A stretch of DNA of 64,000 nucleotides from Selaginella moellendorffii (lineage: Eukaryota > Plantae > Lycopodiophyta): contig NW_003314315.1 in assembly GCF_000143415.4 (NCBI RefSeq), positions 991,514 to 1,055,513 on the forward strand, in the 5' to 3' direction. The notes below the pieces were generated by a model. The model ran no database searches. It saw nothing but the letters and a program-made list of their open reading frames with translations, and was not told where the DNA came from. The translations under genes and the position numbers were made by a program. Shown here in pieces: positions 34,425 through 47,558 of this stretch. Positions within the stretch are counted from its first letter, which is position 1. Each line of letters starts with the position of its first letter.

Positions 34425-35798
34425 ATGGACTTGCGCCTCAACCAACTTTACAACAATTCCAAACGATCTCCGCCACCGCCTTCGTCGTCTTCACCGCTGC
34501 CACTCGACAGTTACGAACACCACGCAGAAGCAGCGGCGGCGTCAGCGGCAGCGGCAGCAGCAGCCAGGTTCTACTCGTCGGACCGTCCCCCTCCCACATC
34601 TCACAGAATGCTGGATCAACACACGGGCAGCACCTTCATTCCAATGGCTGCTGACTACGGCCACTTCTGCGACACCGCTCTGAAACAGGCAGGAGCTGCA
34701 GGTCCGTCATCAGTGATCTCACAAAGCCAAAGGAATTCTCGCAAGAGTTTACTCACCTGGCTGCCTTTTCTCGCTTTTGCAGGAGGAGACTTCCACCACG
34801 GCCACTTCCCTTTCACGGCCTCGCAATGGCTGGAGCTGGAGCACCAGGCGCTCATCTTCAAGTACATGCTGGCAAGAGCACCTGTCCCGGCGGAGCTCAT
34901 CATTCCCATCCGGAGGGCCTTCTCCCTCTCACCCAACAGTGAGTGTTTTTATAGATTTCCCTGATCTCCCGCGCCTCTTTGTTCGCTTTCGTTTCTCCCT
35001 GGCCACCGACATTGGCCTATCTTCATCATCGTCTCATCCTGTGGGTCCTTGGAACAGTTCAGCCACATTTTAGAGAGCCGCACCGCACTGTGCCGCTACA
35101 TGTTTTTCTGTTCCCAAGACTTGCGCCACCCACGGGAAAAACAATAATTGCTCATGTCCCTGCCCCTTCTTGTCATGCTTGCAGCCTTCCAGGTCGGACT
35201 TTGTCCGAGCAACCTCATGGACTCGGAGCCGGGCCGGTGTCGACGGACCGACGGCAAGAAATGGAGGTGCGCCAAGCCGGTGGTAGCAGTCGACCAAAAG
35301 TACTGCGAGAGGCACATCCACAGAGGCAGGAACAGGTCCAAGAAGTCCAAAGCCACGCTGACGACGGCCGATGCTCAGCCGCCTCAAAACCCGTCACCAC
35401 TTCCGGCCCCGGTCCAGCAGCACTCGAAAGTTCCCGACTTTGTCGAGCGTCCGACTGATAAGCACAACGAGGACCAAAGGTACTGACTGTCACGAACGAG
35501 TTCCGCTCGAGAGAGTATTCCCTGCCCCTTGACGAACTATTTTGCCAGAGGAAGCTGCGGACCACGGCCCGAGCAGGACACGGATCACGGCCACAGTCGC
35601 AAAACACCTGAAGCGCTGCTGCGGCATTTCTTCGATGACTGGCCCCGGGCCTCCGAAGGCAGGGAGCAGAATCCATCCCCCCATTTCGAAGAGGAAGAAC
35701 CACCTGTTGTTCAGAACACTAGAACCTCGTCCTGCTTCCCCCAACCAAACTGGCACTGGAACATGCCGACGAAGATGTCTATACTGCCAACTTTGTGA
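34425..35798 (+). CDS. GRF: Growth-regulating factor (QLQ + WRC + FFD)
   Basis: [26 protein letters not shown]; [29 protein letters not shown]; LRHFFDDWP. Confidence 0.93.
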
Positions 35799-35944
35799 AG
35801 AGCCAGCAGGACCCGGTACCTAGACTAGATCCACATATAATCCACAGGACACGGCACCAAGGGACCAAGGCACCAAGGCAAGCTTGTCATTCTTTGTCTG
35901 CAGACAACTTTATTAGACAACTTACAGACGTGTTCTTGGAGTAG

Positions 35945-37249
35945 TCAGTCAGGAATGACAACTTCCACGTATCTCTTGCCATCAATGTAAGGCCTATTTG
36001 GATTGTGTTCTTGTAACCACCGAGCGAACCATCTCTGCGTTCTGATCAAGGACTGCACGCAGGTAAGTGGAACATACAAGCTGAGAAGTAGAAAAGGATA
36101 CAAGCACTTTGAGCGGCTCCGAATAAGGCTTGGCTTTGCACAACGCTGTCAATCCCATTATCAAAGTTCGCTTTAAGGTCTTGTCGAAGGTGATCCGAGC
36201 CTTCGGTGGATCAGGTAGAGGATCCATAACCACTGCACAGGGAAAACACAATTTTATCCATTTTTGAAGCTCTCGCTTCTCAGAAGTCCAGGCATTTACC
36301 ATTGGGAAAAATAAACTTGATCTCCTGTCTTGCACGTGCTGCATTAAAGCTACCATGCACTGCATTTCGCAGGATATCCCTTCCAAAGCGCGCTCGTAAG
36401 CTGGAGCAAGAACGGCGAGTATGAGAGAAGTTCATAAATCCAATCAGCAAAACAAGCCTCAAAGGCGACTCTTTGCGAGCTTGCTCTGGATCTGTGGGAC
36501 CGATCACAACATTCCATGACCTTGCCGCTCGCTCCTTTCCCAAGACGAACCCGTGCACAGGTCCACTGAATTGTTTTACTAAAGGTTCATCAATACAACC
36601 ACACAAATCGAGAGTGTATTACCTGCTCATGAACCGAGTCAATCTCTGAAACCACGGCTTGCCACGGTGATGGTCATAAAATATGCCAGCTCTGACAGAA
36701 GTAAACTGCATAAACAACAGGGCCATCAACGAAAACGGTCCAAACAAGAACAACACTCACCTTAATGTAAGCCTCGTGCACTATGACAAAACCGTGAGCA
36801 TGCATTGCGTATCGTATCTCACGATCATGACCAGCTTTGAGAGCATCCGGTTTGATGAGTGCCAACGTCAGCTCGGTGTAAACAACTTTTGCGTGAGTCG
36901 GAGCTTGCTCCTTGAATTTAAGCTCTGTCTTGATGGACTCAGATACCATCTCCGATATAGATTCGTTGACGGCATCCTCGTGATCCTGATAGTACTCTTT
37001 TTCAAACTTTATGGCCTCCGAGACCACGACTGTCGTAGACTCGGCGGCCGCAGCCAGTTGATCCTGCTCGTAGGAGAATGTTTCTGATACCACACTGTCG
37101 ACGGCCTTAGTGACGACTGTAGTTTCTTCTCCAGTGAGTCCTCTTTCGACGTCAACTGCCTGGACAACCAAGGAAATCGCGCTGTCTACAGCCGCAGCAC
37201 TGTTCACGGAGAGCTCTCGAGGTCGTGCCTGCTCTGGAGATTCCGCCAT
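35945..37249 (-). CDS. NME5: NME5/RSP23-type nucleoside diphosphate kinase with C-terminal DPY-30-like domain (axonemal)
   Basis: TLALIKPDA, GPTDPEQAR, SLRARFGRDILRNAVHGS, LIMGLTALCKAKP, RWFARWLQEHNPNRP; multi-exon. Confidence 0.8.
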
Positions 37250-37387
37250 TGTCTTCTCACAGTAAAACTGTCGACCTAACTCAACACTGGAAACACGCTA
37301 CGTGGCAACCCCCGACGGTTATTTGGAAACGAAAAGAAAAAAACAATACCTTTTACAGTAGTAGATACAGAAGAAGAACGCCTTTCA

Positions 37388-38741
37388 TCAGACAGTGCTC
37401 TTCGATGATTTAAGGCTCTTGGTTTTCCCAAGCAAGGACATGAACATGTTCTTGCTACGGGAAGGAACTGAGCGGAGATCCTTTGTAGGACGCTCTCCAT
37501 CAGTGGACATGAGGGAAGACAATGACTTTGATTCCTCTGCGGGAGATCCCTGCCATATAAATCAAATTACTCGACCAGTGACTAGTTTGAAAAAGTTCTT
37601 CTTACTTTGTTGGATCGTGGCGTTCCGCCTGATACTACTTTTGGCGACACCGGAAGCGTATCTATTCGTGATGTTAGAGAAAATAAACACAGTAACTGGT
37701 TCTTACCATGCACGACGTCACGCCTTGTTCCGTTGCTGTGAAGACGCAGACGGATGAATACAAAAATCAGTGAGTGTTTGGGCCGACTCACCTGCTTGCC
37801 ATTGGTTGAGGTGATCCAGCCTTAGAATCCACACCAGCACGACCTGGAGTACCATAAGTAGAAGCTGGGAAGAAAGAAGCACGCGAATTACGTAAAGTAA
37901 CGGGGAGATTTAGAAAAACACACACACATACCGTCTCTCTCAATTTCTTGCACCCGCGGACTTTTACCAGTAGAGACCATTCGAGGGGAATCATTCTGAC
38001 TTTCAGGTCCAGTCACGGGTGATTTAGGCAACTCGACATCGCCATTCTCTAGAATGAAAAAAGAAAAGAAAAAAACGATCAGCTATCAGCAATGCACGAC
38101 AGTGTTTGTAATTATAACCTGCCTGGGAAACTATAATGCTTGTGGTGCCGAGGATATGTTTTGTAGAGGCACTGCTGTTTGAGAGCTTCACGGTCCGTGT
38201 ACTCTTGGCAGGTTCGATAGCGCTATGGAGACATAGAGATCCATAAGTTCTTATTCTTATTCCAGAAACGAGATAAGTCTACCTGAGCGAGCGATGAAAT
38301 CCGGAGATCGGCAGATACGATTTCGGAGTTTTGCTGGTCGAGAAGATCATTGAGCTTGCACGCTACGGTGCCGAGATGATCTACTGCATTGACGAGCGCT
38401 TTCACAGAGTAGTCCTTAAGATTTTCCAAAACGCTGCAAACAAAAATTCCCAATCTCACTACCCCAAGAAGATAAGAAAGATCTTACGCTTGCTTTTGCT
38501 CGCTGTAGAGATACGAGGATTCGCAGTACTCCGCGGCAGAGTGTAATTGTGGTCTCAAATTCTTGAGCTCCTAACCAGCAGTCCAATGCGCGCACAGATC
38601 GAGCCACAGCGAGTGGAAGAACAAGAACAATACCTGCAAAGCCATGACGAAATGCCGGCTCCGATGCATCGAGACCTCATCGTATGTCAGCGCCGTCTCT
38701 GTAACAGTGGAGATCGTCGGCGAAGGAGACGAAGGCTGCAT
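37388..38741 (-). CDS. ABIL: ABI-like protein (SCAR/WAVE complex subunit)
   Basis: TYDEVSM..ALQELKNLRPQLHSAAEYCESSY..VLENLKDYSVKALVNAVDHLGTVACKL; multi-exon. Confidence 0.88.
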
Positions 38742-38848
38742 TGCGATCGATCGATCGCGATCGAATGAGGAGCCCTAGAGCATAAATTAAACATTAGGGC
38801 TCGGGGTTTAGTTGCCTAGTATATTCACCTTAGATTCTTTTAGGTTTT

Positions 38849-40063
38849 ATGGAGCGCGAGTTTGTGATCTCGGCTTCCCAGGAGGAGATTCTCAGCGCAA
38901 TCCCTGGATTTTGCCAGCAAGAAGAAGCTCCTGCTCCAGCGGATGCCAATGCCGAGGTTCTTTCTCCTCCCCCTGCTGCCCTTGCGGTAGATCTTCCAGA
39001 GAGCAGCTTGGATTCGCAGCCGGTGATTCATCCCGTGGTTTTCAGCTCGCCGCCGGACACGCAGCCCTCGCAGGAGATTCGCGAGGGCGAGGGCAGCGAT
39101 GATGCCGAGGGTAACAACGATCGGCTGGAGGTAAATTTCAATACCCAGGGATACATCCAATCGCCGGCTCCTCCCGCGACGAAGAATGCGGCAAGAGCAG
39201 TGGGGACTCCGCCAGACAGCCAGCGCAGCGACCGAAGCTTCAACGGGGCTTTCGAGAGCGATCGATCGCAATCGCCGTGCAGGCCATTGCACTGGCCGAA
39301 TCTTCCTGGTGTGGGCTTGACCACGCAATCGCCCAGCATTCGTGGAAGGGATTGCAGTAGCTCTAGCCCGAAACAGGATGGAGGAGAGAGTGCCAGTCCA
39401 GGATTTGACACTGGTGGAAGGCGGTCGAGCGGTAAAAGGGGAAGAGAAGAAACAACGATCGCGTTGGAAAGCCTCAATTTTTCTCAGTTCGTCAGTCCAG
39501 CGAAGAACAGAGAAGCAGCGGCGACGACACCGCCACCTCGTCCATCCATTGTTGGCGATCGTCATCCAACACCGCCAGCCATTGTGGGCGATCGTCACCC
39601 AACACCGGCTCCATCTCCCGGGATTGTGACACCGCCTCCAAGCTCGCACGACGTCGAGAAAGTGCTGTCGAATCCCCGGTCCATCCCCGCTCGGGATCTC
39701 ATTACCACAGTGGCTTCGAGCTCCGGAGGAAAGAAGGCGAGCACCAGGCTCGCCGAGGCTGACGAGAACTTCATCAGTCCCAACTCGGAGCTTGTGACTT
39801 TGAGGAGGAGGAGGAGATTGCTGAGCAGCAGCTCATCGACACCCCAACCAAGTGATGGCGGTGGCGATGGTGAACATAACGATTATCACGATCATCACAC
39901 GAGCAGCTCGAAGAAAGCGAGGACTGGAGCTCCAAGGAGCGTGGAAGCTGTGATAACTTCTTGGATGAGGCCTTGCCGGGAGGTGAAGGACTTTGGAGTC
40001 GCGGAGTTCTCGGCAGCACTGCAAAGGATTGGATACAGGCTGCCTGGTTTTGGAAATGACTAG
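38849..40063 (+). CDS. Intronless, largely disordered Ser/Pro-rich protein of unknown function with an NLS-like RRRRR
   Basis: 404-aa ATG-initiated GC-rich ORF with an internal repeat (IVGDRHPTP x2). No recognisable domain. Confidence 0.6.
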   Translation: MEREFVISASQEEILSAIPGFCQQEEAPAPADANAEVLSPPPAALAVDLPESSLDSQPVIHPVVFSSPPDTQPSQEIREGEGSDDAEGNNDRLEVNFNTQGYIQSPAPPATKNAARAVGTPPDSQRSDRSFNGAFESDRSQSPCRPLHWPNLPGVGLTTQSPSIRGRDCSSSSPKQDGGESASPGFDTGGRRSSGKRGREETTIALESLNFSQFVSPAKNREAAATTPPPRPSIVGDRHPTPPAIVGDRHPTPAPSPGIVTPPPSSHDVEKVLSNPRSIPARDLITTVASSSGGKKASTRLAEADENFISPNSELVTLRRRRRLLSSSSSTPQPSDGGGDGEHNDYHDHHTSSSKKARTGAPRSVEAVITSWMRPCREVKDFGVAEFSAALQRIGYRLPGFGND

Positions 40064-41019
40064 ACAAAAAGCTGGTTCAAGTGATCTTCGCCTTTTGGAA
40101 GGGACGGACGCGATTTGCGCACCCTTTTGGAACGGACGGCAGGAAGAGTATTAAAGAGTTATTTAGGTAATTCATTTCTTACGATGGCGAGCCAGAAGTT
40201 TTTGGTGACAATCGCTGCTGTGAGCGCTGCAGTCTTTGGAGCTGAGCAAGAACACAAGTATCATCAACAAATCGGGACGATGGCATCGTTGAAGAGAGGA
40301 TGGTGTTTAACGGGAGGCGCTCTAGAGCAGGAAGAAAACAGATTGGAACAAAGGGTGCTCCAGTTTTTTCGCTTCATCCCAGGCGCTAGATACTGATCTA
40401 CTGAATCCTGTAACATTTAGAGAGTAGATAGAACTCTCGTTGTATGTAAGTACACTCCCCGGAACTCAAGAAATACTTTCTGAGTTATTGGGGTTGGATC
40501 TCACGTGACCAGTTAAGCATGGAATATAATTTCGTGAACGTCCACCTGCTTGTTAAAGGTCGTGGTTTCTCTTACATCATTGAGACGAGGATTCCTGTTT
40601 GTTGCTACTCACTGCAAAGATACCAAGGACAACTTTAGAGAGGCCACCACTGCAAAGGACGCACTCGTGCAAGTTTTCAGACAATAAGTGTGGAAAAACA
40701 TTGCGGGGCCATTTCTAAGCTATACGAGAAGATTGTGCTGCGCTTGGATTGGCCTCCTAAGACGCGAGAGCTGAGCGCAAAAAGATGAAAAGGATTTGTA
40801 GAATGTAGACGAAGACATGCATGTGGTTGTGGCAGGCCCAAATCAGCTTCTTAAGATGCACTGGATCACCGCATTCCAACCAGCATCACAATAAGCAATT
40901 GCACCTTCCAAAGCTTTTGTTGTCGCTTTTCCAGAGTGTTGCCACAACAACAATGTGAAACTTGTCGCGCGTCCCAATTTAAGGCTCTCCAGAAAGAAAT
41001 GGAAGCCAAGGAGCAGCCA

Positions 41020-42345
41020 CACTACTAGTTTGTTGTTCTCTACTTGTATGACTTTTGTTTCATCAGCGTTCAATAACTCCAGTCTTTGGGCACTCGCTCG
41101 GTGAACTGCCACACCAGTCCCTTGTGAAGCTCTCCAAGAAGCTGGGAGTGGTTCCAGCGCTGATGATCGACTTGGCACAATGCGCACTAGAGTTTCTCAC
41201 CATACACATGAAAAGAATGGGAGCGACAATGGATGGGAAAGAATTATATATAACAAGAGGAGAAAGGGTCCTCACTCATGACCCTCCAGTGACAATCTGG
41301 GTATAGGAATCTGGAAGGTGGCAAAACATATGCCACTTGGATGTCATGAGGAGAAGAGCATATCACCTCAAGAATACAATATTGCATTTGCCTTAAATAC
41401 AAACTCGAACTGTTTGTTCTTTGGCAGCAGGGGGCGTTGAATTCTCCTGCTGGTGACCACTGAAATATAGTGACGAAACTGGTCACTCTGGAGCTCTTCA
41501 CTTCCAAGAACATGGAGGTATTCAAACCTTTACGTGCCGAGGGGATTCTCCAGGTGTTGAAATCCATCACTCGCCAGGAGGGAAGCGTAGTCAGCATATG
41601 GAACCGGCTCCCTGTGCTCAACGTGAACAACATAGCTCAGATGGCTTTCCACAAGCAGGTGATTGGCCATCCAATGTTTGAGAGGTTCCTGATGGTATTG
41701 GAAGAGTCATTGGATCTCGCGGCTGTTTCTGTGCCTGGAGAATTCCTTGATCCTTACGGCACTGTTGCAAAAATGAAGGCTTTGATCAATGAGATATACC
41801 AGATGATTGTCGACGAGCACAAGTTAAAGAGGAAGGTAAACTACAATGCCGGTCCTGATGATCGTGTTGATATACTCCTTGCAGAAGGTGTGGACGAGAA
41901 CACAATCAAAGGAATGGTCATGGTAAATCATCATTTTTGCTCACATCCGAGTGGGCTCTCTCCTCGCTCATAAACACTCCGAGCTGCATGGAGAAAGCCC
42001 AAGAGGAGCTCGATAGAGTTGCTCGAGACAGCCGTGTGCAAGAAGAGGATCTAGACGAGCTCGTCTACTTGAAAGCCAAGGAAACGTTCCGGCTGCATCC
42101 GCCACTGCCGCTGTTGCTGCCACGCGAGTCAACGCAAAAGTGTACCTTCCAGGGCGAGTATGAAAACCCAAAAGGTTTGACAGTTTATTGTCAATCTCTA
42201 GGCAATCGGGCGGGATCCCAGCCTATGGGAATCCCTGAACAGTTCAAGCCCGAGGGGTTCCTGGAAAGCTCCATTGTCATTGTGGGGACTATCTACAGAC
42301 CATGGTGGAGCTCACCCTTGCTAGTCTACTCCAGGCTTTGATTGT
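41020..42345 (+). pseudogene. Cytochrome P450 pseudogene, paralog of 48395-49904
   Basis: FGHSLGELPHQSL, ELFTSKNMEVFK, SEWALSSLINTP, KETFRLHPP. Stops and frameshifts, an insertion near 41200-41390, heme motif missing. Confidence 0.88.
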
Positions 42346-42356
42346 AAACATGAAAT

Positions 42357-45300
42357 TGTTGTATTATGAAACGGTGTTGTGTTATTATTATGACGGTTGA
42401 TACATGGTTAAATGTATGGGTTTATCGTGACGATCCGTGGCAGCGTCTGGATCGCTCACGTGGCTGTGTGCTGACGTGGTCTTGTTCACTCCCACACTTC
42501 TCAAGGCCAACGTCTAAAGTCAGCCCAAGAGCCTTCGTGAAGACTTCATGTTTAACACGAGGAAGTGGTTTGTTAGCACGTCCGCTAGCATGGAGTTTGT
42601 CGGGCAGAACTCCAGCTCGATCATTCCTCTCTGGATCTGCTCTCGTATAAAATGGAAGCGCAGCTCAATGTGTTTAGTACGAGAGTGGAACCTGGAGTTC
42701 TTGGTCAAAGCTATTGCAGACTGGTTGTCACACAATAGCTTGACCACGCCCGTGTTGATTTCTAGATCCTGGAGAAGTCCCTTCAGCCATGCTGCTTCCT
42801 TGATTGCAGCTGCTGCAGCTATGTGCTCAGCCTCGGTACTTGACATTGCTGTAATAGCCTGTCGTTTGCTGCACCAGCTTGCGACATTTCCATTTAGCAG
42901 GAAAACGTAGCCTGTGGTTGACTTCCTGTTGTCTGGATCCCCGGCCCAATCAGCATCAGAGTAACCAGCCAGCTTGTTGCCGCTCTCGCCTCTGGAGTAC
43001 TTTAAAGTTATCTGGTTTGCCACGTACCTCATAATACGTTTCAAAGCCTGCCAGTGTGCTGTGGAGGGACGGTCCAGGTACTTCGCCACTGTTCCCACAG
43101 CATACGCAAGGTCAGGCCGAGTGGAGATTACCAGGTAGATCAGGCTGCCGACCATAGAGCGATAGACTGCTCTAGATGCTTTCTCCTCCTCGGGAGATTG
43201 ATCAAGGTACTTTCCACGCTCAGCAGATAATTTCGTGCCTGTTTCCATGGGAGTAGCAACTGGATTAACATGAGCAAGGCCATACCTCTGGAGCACGTCG
43301 GAAACATATTTTGCCTGGCTTAGCTCCAGAGTGCCTCGTTCCCTGTTGCGCGTCACCTGGATACCGAGGCAGAAATGCAACTCACCGAGGTCTTTCATGG
43401 CAAATTTAGCGCCAAGGTACGTTTTAAATTTGTGGATCAAACGTAGCTGATTTGCCACGAGAATAGCATCGTCCACATATAGCGCAAGGAACAAATAGCC
43501 CCAGCGTCAAAATATATGTAGAGGCTACGCACGAAAAATTAGAAAAGAATTTATTTTCGTGTACCATTGGCGTGGCGACTGCTTGAGTCCGTAGAGAGCT
43601 TTGTGAAGCTTGCAAACGAGGTGTTCTTCTCCAGGCTGGATAAAACCAGGAGGCTGGGCCACATACACCTCTTCATCGATGTGGCCGTTAAGGAACGCAG
43701 TACAAACGTCAAGTTGATGGAGCTCGAGATCCAATTCTGCAGCTAAGATTAGTAGCATACGAATGGTTGTGAGTTTCACCACAGGGCTGTAAGTCTCCGA
43801 GTAGTCCAGCCCATGAACTTGAGAAAATCCGCGTGCCACAAATCTCGCCTTGTAGCGCTCAATGCTTCCATCAGCGTTGTACTTTTTCTTAAACAACCAC
43901 TTGGATGAGACGAGCTTTCTACGAGCTGGAAGTTCAACCAGCGACCAAGTGTTGTTTTTCTGGAGAGAATCATACTCCTCCTGTATAGCTGCCTGCCAGT
44001 GCTCAGCTTCTGGTCCGTGTAGAGCCGCCTGGGGACCGAGAGAGGCAGGTGGAGCCGTCAGAGCCCAGAAGTAGGCACGCTTTCCTATAGGCATCGCCTC
44101 CTTGGCTTTGAGAGATGGTTTCACGACACGACCCGAGCGTGTCACCACCGCTGTGCCGGCTGGAGGAGGTGGTAGCTTAGGAATGCTGGAAGGAGTGGTG
44201 GCATCTTGATATAACTCGTCGCCAACGAACAGGTGGAAAGATCTGGCTGTTCCAGGTCATTGGTGCTTGAGGATGCAGCCGCTGTGGCCTGTGGAGTCGT
44301 CAGAAGAGGTGTCGAAGGAAGAGAAGTAGCGTGATCAGCTCCTCCTGCCAGATCGCCTCCTTCGGGCGCTCCTTCAGCAACTCCTGGCTCTGCATCAGCT
44401 GGATTGTCTGGTGCTGGGTGGAGATGTGGAACGTCGTCCAAAATCTCAGAAAGATCCACCAGAGAAGAAACAGGAGGGAGTCTCAGGGTATCTCGATAAA
44501 GATGAGCTTCATCAAACACCACATCTCGGCTCACCACCAGCTTCCTGCGCTGGCAGTTATAGAGCCGATAGGCTTTTACCTGGGTGTGATAGCCCATGAA
44601 GATGCATTTCTCGCTCTTGGGATCGAACACTTGTGAAAAGCTCTCTTCAATGGTGTGAGGTGCATCGAGGCTCCAGAATCCATCCAGAGCACTTCGGCTT
44701 CGGACACAGTGGATGAAGATGCAGCGAGCGTCATCATCAACATCGTGTCAGGTTGGCGTGAAGAAGAGCTTCTTTCAGCGCGAGCTTTCTCTGCGGCTTT
44801 CTTGATCCGGCATTCACGCTCCACGTGGCCAGCTTTGCCGCAGTAGTTACATGGGCCCTTGCGTTTTTTATTGGTTGCAAATCCAGGGCTTGGAGAAGGG
44901 CTCTTTTGTCCTCGAACAGGGTCATCTCGTCTCTTCCCACCCGATTGCTTTCCCATGATCAAGGCCTGCTCCACCCGAGCAGCCTGAGAGGGCGCCTTTT
45001 GTCTCCGCTCGTTCTGCTTGCGTTCTTCCTCGATCAGGTCCGAGTAGAGCGAGTCCAAGTCCTTTCCAGGCACAGCCGAGAGCATCGATGCGAAAGGTTG
45101 GAGATCAGGGGGGACAGAGCTCAGAAGGAATGCCTTAGCTTGATCAATGGTGATTGCTGCTTCCGCGTCCTTCAGCTCGGTGATCATCGCTTTCAACTTT
45201 CCAATGTAAGTGGCCATGGTGTCATCAGGTTGCATTCTCATCGTGAAGAACCTTTGTGTTAGCACCACCTTAGCATTGGCAGCTTTGGCAGCAAAGATTT

Positions 45301-45870
45301 GTGTAAGGGATGTCCAGTTCTGGTGGGCTGTTTTGGTAAGATCAAGCATCCCCAAGACCTAACCGCTTTTCGATTCTTGGAGTCCCAGTCGAGCCGTTGG
45401 GTTACATCCGCAGCAGCCGGACGTTGAGTCGTTCCATCCACTATAGGCCAGCAGTCCTTGGCCAAAAGGATAAGCTGTACTTTTGTTTTCCAAGTGGAGA
45501 AATTCTGTTCCCAGTCCCCCAGAGTCCCAAGAATTTCCTGCTGCGTTAGCAGAAGACATAATCTAAGAATAGATTAAAAGGGAATTTACGCAACAAGGGC
45601 ACACCTTCCGGCAGGCTGGGCAAAGAGCTTGTTGGCTGGATCTTCACCCGCGCCAGCACTGCCCGCTCCTGAGCCAAGGGTTCCTGGCCCCTTTGATTCT
45701 TCCTCTGCAACTGTCCTCTTGGCATTAGATCGTTCGCTGCTCCGATACTATGAAACGGTGTTGTGTTATTATTATGACGGTTGATATATGGTTAAATGTA
45801 TGGGTTTATCGTGACGATCCGTGGCGGCGTCTGGATCGCTCACGTGGCTGTGTGCTTGTTCACTCCCACA
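42357..45870 (-). mobile_element. Ty1/copia LTR retrotransposon, internally deleted (integrase core missing)
   Basis: LTRs at 42357-42496 and about 45749-45870; 5-bp TSD GAAAT; degenerate Met-i PBS (GTATCGGAGC). gag CNYCGKAGHVEREC, protease WMDSGAS joined directly to FDPKSEKCIFMGY, RT YVDD, RNase H YSDADWAGD. Confidence 0.93.
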
Positions 45871-45940
45871 GAAATTAACATAACCTGATTCTGGAAAGGT
45901 AAAAGTGCTCTAGGAAAATCGACTTCGACAGGTTTTCGTC

Positions 45941-47502
45941 ATGGATTCCCAACAAGCTCACATCTTGGCATTCCCTTTCCCAGCGCAGGGCCATATCAAT
46001 CCTATGATGTTGCTGTGCCGCAAGCTTGCCTCGATGGGAATCGTCATCACCTTCCTCAACATTCGCAGCCGCCACAACAATCTGGAAGAGGGCGATGATC
46101 AGTTCAGGTACGGTTGTGAGAGTTTCTTTCCTCCCCGCAAGATCTATTTGGAACCCCAGGTTCGTGAGCATCTCGGATGAGTGCCTACCAACGGGGAGGT
46201 TGGGAAACAACGTGATGAGGTATCTAATGGCTTTGGAAGAAGGAATGAGGGGTGAATTTGAGCAGATACTGGCGGATCTCACGGCCGACTCCAGTCGCCC
46301 TCCATTGACTTGCATCCTCTCCGATGCTTTCATGAGCTGGACTCACGATGTAGCCAGCAAGTTTGGAATCTGCCGTGCAGCGCTCTGGACGAGCTCTGCA
46401 ACTTGGGCTCTCTTGTCTCTACGCATCCCATTGCTCAGGGATAACGGAGTCCTGCCAGTGAATGGTAGGCCGAGAAATCTTTCGTTTTCTTTGGTTATAC
46501 ATCCGTATGTATTCCACAGGGATTCGAAGTAGCAAGATCCTAGACTTCTTACCCGGACTTCCACCAATCCCAGCACGGTATCTTCCGGAGACGCTGCAAC
46601 CCGATGAGAAAGACCCGGACTTCCGGTTGAGGATTCGAAGGAACAGTGTCATGCAGAAGGACGCGTGGGTGCTGCTCAACTCGGTCTACGAGATGGAGCC
46701 ATTGCAGCTGGAGGAGCTTGCCAGCAGCGACAATCTGCACTTCATCGCCGTCGGGCCCTTGCAATGCCTTATGCAACCCTCGAAGGAACATGCTTCTCAG
46801 TGGCAGCAGGATCGAAGCTGCCTGGAATGGCTGGACAAGCAAGCTCCGGGCTCGGTCGTCTACATCTCGTTTGGAAGCTTGGCCATCCTATCATATGATC
46901 AGGTGGAGCAGATACTGACCGGGCTGGACAAGAGCGGCCATGCATTCTTGTGGGTCATCCGGCTTGACCTTTTCGAAGGCGAGGAGATCCGAGCCAAGTT
47001 CCTGGAAAAGATCAGTCTCATAGATCGAGGTATTGTCATCCCATGGGCCCCTCAACTAGAGGTTCGTTTTATCATTTGATGATTCTCTAGGTGATCAACA
47101 TTGAAATTAAGAATCCCTCCCCAGGTACTACAGCATCGATCCGTGGGAGCGTTTCTCACTCACTCTGGATGGAATTCCGTCATGGAGGCACTTGCAGCTG
47201 GTGTTCCACTGCTGTGTAAGCCTTGCTTTGCCGATCAGATCCTAAACACCGCTCTTGTGGTGGATCACATCAAAGCTGGCCTTCGTGCCACCAAGCCAGA
47301 CGATGACAAAGAGGTGAGTTCAAGCCGCATTCACGAGGTGGTGAGTTTTGCCATGGGAGATGACGGGGCTGAGCTCAGAGAAAGAGTTAAACGGTTGGGT
47401 CAGACTCTGGCAAAAGCAGCCGAGCATGGAGGATCCTCGTTGTTAAACTTGCAAGCTTTCTGCCAGGACATGAAACATAGACAGGCTGCCAGAGTAGGAT
47501 GA
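45941..47502 (+). CDS. Family-1 UDP-glycosyltransferase (4 exons)
   Basis: AFPFPAQGHINPM, CLEWLDKQAPGSVVYISFGS, PSPG box [29 protein letters not shown]..ADQ. Confidence 0.93.
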
Positions 47503-47558
47503 TAAATCTTTAAAATTATCAATCTCATGTTGAGATCATTAACAAATCCTGGAAAAGT

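Noticed and set aside
40115-41000. 93-aa ORF and coding-looking scraps
   Set aside because: TTG start, no domain recognised, interrupted by stops.
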